Positions 1-5,254 of a stretch of DNA of 5,254 nt are shown piece by piece (the stretch's first letter is position 1; every line of letters begins with the position of its first letter). Source of the stretch: Selaginella moellendorffii (taxonomy: Eukaryota > Plantae > Lycopodiophyta); assembly GCF_000143415.4 (NCBI RefSeq), contig NW_003314739.1, positions 1-5,254 of the forward strand. The letters are read 5' to 3'. The position numbers were made by a program, and so were the translations under genes. The notes below the pieces were generated by a model that was not told the DNA's origin, did no database searches, and was given only the letters and a program-made list of their open reading frames with translations.

Positions 1-784
1 AGCGAGTGGGCAACATCCATGGCTCGGTTTGCGGTGGGACTTGAACCGTTGGAAAGCTTGCGTGAGTCCACCCAGTTTCCACAGAAACGGATCCCGATTT
101 CGTTGCTCCACCGTCCCACACCATTGCAATGGGTTTTGTGCTGTTCCCGTTGCCATATCTCGTGGACCGTGGGCCCCCTTTCGCCCTTGGGCACATGGGA
201 GCAACTGGGGCGGTGCGCGCAACTGGCCCATGTGGCCAAGTACATTTTTCCATGTCCTGGGCGCCTGCTTTTGTGGTTTTTCCCACGGAAGAAGATGCGT
301 CCCACGTGGCGATCCGTGTGCCCGCCCGCACTCCGGCACCAACGGGGCCGGCCGGCGTGACGCCCCGGTCGCGGCCGTGCCAACGGATCGCGGGCCCCAT
401 GCGTGGGCTGCCGCCGGGAGTGCATCTCACTCTCGAGGAAAACACCGCACTGGCGCTCGGGCCTGCACTGGAACGCGACCCCAGGAGCGCCGTGGCGAAG
501 CCCGCGTCGAGGGCATCGATCCGAATTGGCTGGGCCCCCCATGCCATGCTGGCACCGTGCGTGCCTTGTCGAAAACGGCACACCCTTGCGACCGCTGGGC
601 GAAAGGGGCAAACCCCGAGAGGTCCTTGCACCTCCTGTCACTGGGGAGGGTGCCCCCCACGAACACGAACCCAACGGCGCCAGTCCCACGCGAAACGCAC
701 GCACGGTTCGCGAGAAAACGGCCCCCAACGCCCGCATTCTCCATTATTCCGAGAGAATATTCCCTCCACTACTTAAATTGTGCC

Positions 785-789
785 AAAAA
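785..789 (-). terminator. Pol III oligo(dT) terminator TTTTT (also 2034-2038, 3283-3287, 4532-4536)
   Basis: The first run of 4 or more T downstream of the B box on the minus strand; it abuts the 3' strand of the terminal stem. Confidence 0.7.
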
Positions 790-805
790 GAGGTGGCTCC
801 GGGTG

Positions 806-816
806 GGTCTCGACCC
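806..816 (-). promoter_or_regulatory. Pol III internal B box, non-canonical (also 2055-2065, 3304-3314, 4553-4563)
   Basis: GGGTCGAGACC; the core GGTCGAGAC differs from GWTCRANNC at one position (G for W). It lies 44 nt downstream of the A box, a normal type-2 spacing. Confidence 0.68.
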
Positions 817-860
817 AGGGACCTATTTGAGTGGACTTGTTTTTAGATTGGGGGTCTCTG

Positions 861-871
861 CCACTAGGCCT
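861..871 (-). promoter_or_regulatory. Pol III internal A box (also 2110-2120, 3359-3369, 4608-4618)
   Basis: AGGCCTAGTGG against consensus TRGCNNARYGG: only the first base mismatches. It starts about +12 from the inferred 5' end. Confidence 0.72.
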
Positions 872-903
872 CTACCACCTCTCCGTTACATATTTCGTGT
901 CGG

Positions 904-914
904 TTAAATTTATT
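904..914 (-). promoter_or_regulatory. TATA-like element AATAAATTTAA (also 2153-2163, 3402-3412, 4651-4661)
   Basis: An 11-nt A/T-only run in an otherwise GC-rich unit, at -32..-22 from the inferred start, where TBP/TFIIIB binds on Pol III genes. Confidence 0.6.
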
Positions 915-1025
915 GGGTTTGTGGGGGAGGGGGTTTAACTAGCAAAGGGCGATTATGGGGAGCGCTTAGTGCGATTAAGTGGGGCTTAAGTTGGGGCAAT
1001 CGCGGCCGTCGGTGCGGTGGGGTGG

Positions 1026-1055
1026 TTGACCGGCGGCGATGAGTTTGACCGGCGG
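1026..1055. repeat. 11-bp direct repeat TTGACCGGCGG x2 (1026-1036, 1045-1055), present in every unit
   Basis: Two exact copies with starts 19 bp apart. Confidence 0.85.
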
Positions 1056-1091
1056 TCCCCGTGACACGTGGCTAGGGCTAGGGTCTGGATA

Positions 1092-1390
1092 TGGGTTTTG
1101 CGCGAGTGGGCAAGATCCATGGCTCGGTTTGCGGTGGGACTTGAACCGTTGGAAAGCTTGCGTGAGTCCACCCGTTTCCACAGAAACGGATCTGGATTTC
1201 GTCGCTCCACCGGCCCGCACCATTGCGATGGGTTTGACGCTGGGTTTTCGAGCGAGTGGGCAACATCCATGGCTCGGTTTGCGGTGGGACTTGAACCGTT
1301 GGAAAGCTTGCGTGAGTCCACCCGTTTCCACAGAAACGGATCCCGATTTCGTTGCTCCACCGTCCCACACCATTGCAATGGGTTTTGTGC
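1092..1390. repeat. Internal direct duplication: sub-repeat A (1092-1240) and sub-repeat B (1241-1390), ~150 bp
   Basis: 1102-1240 and 1252-1390 align without gaps with 10 mismatches in 139 bp; 1115-1192 and 1265-1342 are identical. The window starts inside a B copy (1-141). Confidence 0.97.
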
Positions 1391-2033
1391 TGTTCCCGTT
1401 GCCATATCTCGTGGACCGTGGGCCCCCTTTCGCCCTTGGGCACATGGGAGCAACTGGGGCGGTGCGCGCAACTGGCCCATGTGGCCAAGTACATTTTTCC
1501 ATGTCCTGGGCGCCTGCTTTTGTGGTTTTTCCCACGGAAGAAGATGCGTCCCACGTGGCGATCCGTGTGCCCGCCCGCACTCCGGCACCAACGGGGCCGG
1601 CCGGCGTGACGCCCCGGTCGCGGCCGTGCCAACGGATCGCGGGCCCCATGCGTGGGCTGCCGCCGGGAGTGCATCTCACTCTCGAGGAAAACACCGCACT
1701 GGCGCTCGGGCCTGCACTGGAACGCGACCCCAGGAGCGCCGTGGCGAAGCCCGCGTCGAGGGCATCGATCCGAATTGGCTGGGCCCCCCATGCCATGCTG
1801 GCACCGTGCGTGCCTTGTCGAAAACGGCACACCCTTGCGACCGCTGGGCGAAAGGGGCAAACCCCGAGAGGTCCTTGCACCTCCTGTCACTGGGGAGGGT
1901 GCCCCCCACGAACACGAACCCAACGGCGCCAGTCCCACGCGAAACGCACGCACGGTTCGCGAGAAAACGGCCCCCAACGCCCGCATTCTCCATTATTCCG
2001 AGAGAATATTCCCTCCACTACTTAAATTGTGCC

Positions 2034-2131
2034 AAAAAGAGGTGGCTCCGGGTGGGTCTCGACCCAGGGACCTATTTGAGTGGACTTGTTTTTAGATTGG
2101 GGGTCTCTGCCACTAGGCCTCTACCACCTCT
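2034..2131 (-). ncRNA. Candidate Pol III small RNA, vault-RNA-like; copy 2
   Basis: Identical to 785-882, offset 1249. Confidence 0.72.
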
Positions 2132-2340
2132 CCGTTACATATTTCGTGTCGGTTAAATTTATTGGGTTTGTGGGGGAGGGGGTTTAACTAGCAAAGGGCG
2201 ATTATGGGGAGCGCTTAGTGCGATTAAGTGGGGCTTAAGTTGGGGCAATCGCGGCCGTCGGTGCGGTGGGGTGGTTGACCGGCGGCGATGAGTTTGACCG
2301 GCGGTCCCCGTGACACGTGGCTAGGGCTAGGGTCTGGATA

Positions 2341-2639
2341 TGGGTTTTGCGCGAGTGGGCAAGATCCATGGCTCGGTTTGCGGTGGGACTTGAACCGTTG
2401 GAAAGCTTGCGTGAGTCCACCCGTTTCCACAGAAACGGATCTGGATTTCGTCGCTCCACCGGCCCGCACCATTGCGATGGGTTTGACGCTGGGTTTTCGA
2501 GCGAGTGGGCAACATCCATGGCTCGGTTTGCGGTGGGACTTGAACCGTTGGAAAGCTTGCGTGAGTCCACCCGTTTCCACAGAAACGGATCCCGATTTCG
2601 TTGCTCCACCGTCCCACACCATTGCAATGGGTTTTGTGC
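2341..2639. repeat. ~150-bp sub-repeat pair A+B
   Basis: Copy of 1092-1390, offset 1249. Confidence 0.97.
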
Positions 2640-3282
2640 TGTTCCCGTTGCCATATCTCGTGGACCGTGGGCCCCCTTTCGCCCTTGGGCACATGGGAGC
2701 AACTGGGGCGGTGCGCGCAACTGGCCCATGTGGCCAAGTACATTTTTCCATGTCCTGGGCGCCTGCTTTTGTGGTTTTTCCCACGGAAGAAGATGCGTCC
2801 CACGTGGCGATCCGTGTGCCCGCCCGCACTCCGGCACCAACGGGGCCGGCCGGCGTGACGCCCCGGTCGCGGCCGTGCCAACGGATCGCGGGCCCCATGC
2901 GTGGGCTGCCGCCGGGAGTGCATCTCACTCTCGAGGAAAACACCGCACTGGCGCTCGGGCCTGCACTGGAACGCGACCCCAGGAGCGCCGTGGCGAAGCC
3001 CGCGTCGAGGGCATCGATCCGAATTGGCTGGGCCCCCCATGCCATGCTGGCACCGTGCGTGCCTTGTCGAAAACGGCACACCCTTGCGACCGCTGGGCGA
3101 AAGGGGCAAACCCCGAGAGGTCCTTGCACCTCCTGTCACTGGGGAGGGTGCCCCCCACGAACACGAACCCAACGGCGCCAGTCCCACGCGAAACGCACGC
3201 ACGGTTCGCGAGAAAACGGCCCCCAACGCCCGCATTCTCCATTATTCCGAGAGAATATTCCCTCCACTACTTAAATTGTGCC

Positions 3283-3380
3283 AAAAAGAGGTGGCTCCGG
3301 GTGGGTCTCGACCCAGGGACCTATTTGAGTGGACTTGTTTTTAGATTGGGGGTCTCTGCCACTAGGCCTCTACCACCTCT
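3283..3380 (-). ncRNA. Candidate Pol III small RNA, vault-RNA-like; copy 3
   Basis: Identical to 785-882, offset 2498. Confidence 0.72.
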
Positions 3381-3589
3381 CCGTTACATATTTCGTGTCG
3401 GTTAAATTTATTGGGTTTGTGGGGGAGGGGGTTTAACTAGCAAAGGGCGATTATGGGGAGCGCTTAGTGCGATTAAGTGGGGCTTAAGTTGGGGCAATCG
3501 CGGCCGTCGGTGCGGTGGGGTGGTTGACCGGCGGCGATGAGTTTGACCGGCGGTCCCCGTGACACGTGGCTAGGGCTAGGGTCTGGATA

Positions 3590-3888
3590 TGGGTTTTGCG
3601 CGAGTGGGCAAGATCCATGGCTCGGTTTACGGTGGGACTTGAACCGTTGGAAAGCTTGCGTGAGTCCACCCGTTTCCACAGAAACGGATCTGGATTTCGT
3701 CGCTCCACCGGCCCGCACCATTGCGATGGGTTTGACGCTGGGTTTTCGAGCGAGTGGGCAACATCCATGGCTCGGTTTGCGGTGGGACTTGAACCGTTGG
3801 AAAGCTTGCGTGAGTCCACCCGTTTCCACAGAAACGGATCCCGATTTCGTTGCTCCACCGTCCCACACCATTGCAATGGGTTTTGTGC
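3590..3888. repeat. ~150-bp sub-repeat pair A+B
   Basis: Copy of 1092-1390 with G>A at 3629. Confidence 0.97.
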
Positions 3889-4531
3889 TGTTCCCGTTGC
3901 CATATCTCGTGGACCGTGGGCCCCCTTTCGCCCTTGGGCACATGGGAGCAACTGGGGCGGTGCGCGCAACTGGCCCATGTGGCCAAGTACATTTTTCCAT
4001 GTCCTGGGCGCCTGCTTTTGTGGTTTTTCCCACGGAAGAAGATGCGTCCCATGTGGCGATCCGTGTGCCCGCCCGCACTCCGGCACCAACGGGGCCGGCC
4101 GGCGTGACGCCCCGGTCGCGGCCGTGCCAACGGATCGCGGGCCCCATGCGTGGGCTGCCGCCGGGAGTGCATCTCACTCTCGAGGAAAACACCGCACTGG
4201 CGCTCGGGCCTGCACTGGAACGCGACCCCAGGAGCGCCGTGGCGAAGCCCGCGTCGAGGGCATCGATCCGAATTGGCTGGGCCCCCCATGCCATGCTGGC
4301 ACCGTGCGTGCCTTGTCGAAAACGGCACCACCCTTGCGACCGCTGGGCGAAAGGGGCAAACCCCGAGAGTCATTGCACCTCCTGTCACTGGGGAGGGTGC
4401 CCCCCACGAACACGAACCCAACGGCGCCAGTCCCACGCGAAACGCACGCACGGTTCGCGAGAAAACGGCCCCCAACGCCCGCATTCTCCATTATTCCGAG
4501 AGAATATTCCCTCCACTACTTAAATTGTGCC

Positions 4532-4629
4532 AAAAAGAGGTGGCTCCGGGTGGGTCTCGACCCAGGGACCTATTTGAGTGGACTTGTTTTTAGATTGGGG
4601 GTCTCTGCCACTAGGCCTCTACCACCTCT
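4532..4629 (-). ncRNA. Candidate Pol III small RNA, vault-RNA-like; copy 4
   Basis: Identical to 785-882, offset 3747. Confidence 0.72.
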
Positions 4630-4838
4630 CCGTTACATATTTCGTGTCGGTTAAATTTATTGGGTTTGTGGGGGAGGGGGTTTAACTAGCAAAGGGCGAT
4701 TATGGGGAGCGCTTAGTGCGATTAAGTGGGGCTTAAGTTGGGGCAATCGCGGCCGTCGGTGCGGTGGGGTGGTTGACCGGCGGCGATGAGTTTGACCGGC
4801 GGTCCCCGTGACACGTGGCTAGGGCTAGGGTCTGGATA

Positions 4839-5137
4839 TGGGTTTTGCGCGAGTGGGCAAGATCCATGGCTCGGTTTGCGGTGGGACTTGAACCGTTGGA
4901 AAGCTTGCGTGAGTCCACCCGTTTCCACAGAAACGGATCTGGATTTCGTCGCTCCACCGGCCCGCACCATTGCGATGGGTTTGACGCTGGGTTTTCGAGC
5001 GAGTGGGCAACATCCATGGCTCGGTTTGCGGTGGGACTTGAACCGTTGGAAAGCTTGCGTGAGTCCACCCGTTTCCACAGAAACGGATCCCGATTTCGTT
5101 GCTCCACCGTCCCACACCATTGCAATGGGTTTTGTGC
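4839..5137. repeat. ~150-bp sub-repeat pair A+B
   Basis: Copy of 1092-1390, offset 3747. Confidence 0.97.
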
Positions 5138-5254
5138 TGTTCCCGTTGCCATATCTCGTGGACCGTGGGCCCCCTTTCGCCCTTGGGCACATGGGAGCAA
5201 CTGGGGCGGTGCGCGCAACTGGCCCATGGGCCAAGTACATTTTTCCATGTCCTG

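Larger units (their letters stand above)
785..882 (-). ncRNA. Candidate Pol III (A-box/B-box) small RNA, ~98 nt, vault-RNA-like panhandle; copy 1
   Basis: The minus strand reads AGAGGTGGTAG-AGGCCTAGTGG(A box)-CAGAGACC-29-nt loop-GGTCCCT-GGGTCGAGACC(B box)-CACCCGGAG-CCACCTC-TTTTT. There is an 8-bp perfect terminal stem (882-875 with 796-789), a T5 run at the end, no internal T4, and an AT-only element at -32..-22. The 5' end is inferred (881-884). Confidence 0.72.
1..5254. repeat. Tandem array with a 1249-bp unit, about 4.2 copies (phase: 1-1250, 1251-2499, 2500-3748, 3749-4997, partial 4998-5254)
   Basis: AGCGAGTGGGCAACATCC recurs at 1, 1251, 2500, 3749 and 4998, and the ORF track repeats with a 1249 offset. 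I found only about 7 single-base differences by eye: +A at 74, G>A 3629, C>T 4052, +C ~4329, -G ~4369, C>A 4372, -T after 5228. Confidence 0.99.

Noticed and set aside
346-400. GC-rich hairpin starting GGCCGGC, like the 5' end of an HDV ribozyme; also CGATGAG at 1037-1043 as a hammerhead-like core
   Set aside because: I could not build the HDV nested double pseudoknot or a CUGANGA plus GAAA hammerhead. Such hairpins are expected at this GC content.
751-766. GAATATTCC resembling the CRESS-DNA nonanucleotide TAATATTAC
   Set aside because: It has two mismatches, is itself a palindrome rather than a loop on a GC stem, and there is no Rep ORF or A-rich satellite region.
831-839. GTGGACTTG in the RNA loop region resembles GTGGGACTTG in the sub-repeats (1134-1143), suggesting self-targeting
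   Set aside because: A 9-nt gapped match is too short to distinguish from chance.
785-882. Functional tRNA gene
   Set aside because: In tRNA register the acceptor strands (GTGGTAG and CCGGAGC) do not pair, there is no anticodon stem, the T stem is broken and the T loop lacks TTC.
785-882. 5S rRNA, U6, 7SL or Y RNA
   Set aside because: There is no 5S-like sequence or box C, no ACAGAGA-containing U6 context, the length is wrong for 7SL, and there is no Ro-binding bulged-C helix motif.
932-953. GGTTTAACTAGCAAAG resembling nematode SL1 (GGTTTAATTACCCAAG)
   Set aside because: The match is partial, there is no GT donor after position 22, and no downstream Sm site at the expected distance.
1072-1083. 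CTAGGGCTAGGG as a telomeric array
   Set aside because: Only two variant hexamers; kept only as part of the motif cluster.
1039-2156. Long ORFs of 200-362 aa on both strands, repeated in each unit
   Set aside because: They overlap in nearly all six frames, are rich in Arg/Pro/Gly/Ala as expected for stop-poor GC-rich DNA, show no domain I recognise, and simply translate the 150-bp duplication.
1-5254. CRISPR array or autonomous mobile element
   Set aside because: There are no short repeats with unique spacers, no transposase, reverse transcriptase or integrase ORF, and no LTR, PBS or poly(A)-tail structure.

Overview
The window is about 4.2 head-to-tail copies of a GC-rich, near-identical 1249-bp unit, and I see no credible protein-coding gene; the long overlapping ORFs look like by-products of high GC content. 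Each unit carries, on the minus strand, a candidate ~98-nt RNA polymerase III gene. It has an upstream TATA-like element, an internal A box and B box, a self-complementary terminal stem, and a T5 terminator directly after the stem. It does not fold as a tRNA and is not 5S rRNA. Its panhandle fold and TCGAGACCCRC motif most resemble a vault RNA. The spacer holds an older ~150-bp duplication (~93% identical) and a cluster of short repeated motifs upstream of the RNA gene. The best reading is a homogenised, 5S-rDNA-style tandem array of an unannotated eukaryotic Pol III small RNA. The host taxon, expression, and whether the array is chromosomal or a concatemer of a circle cannot be settled from this sequence.
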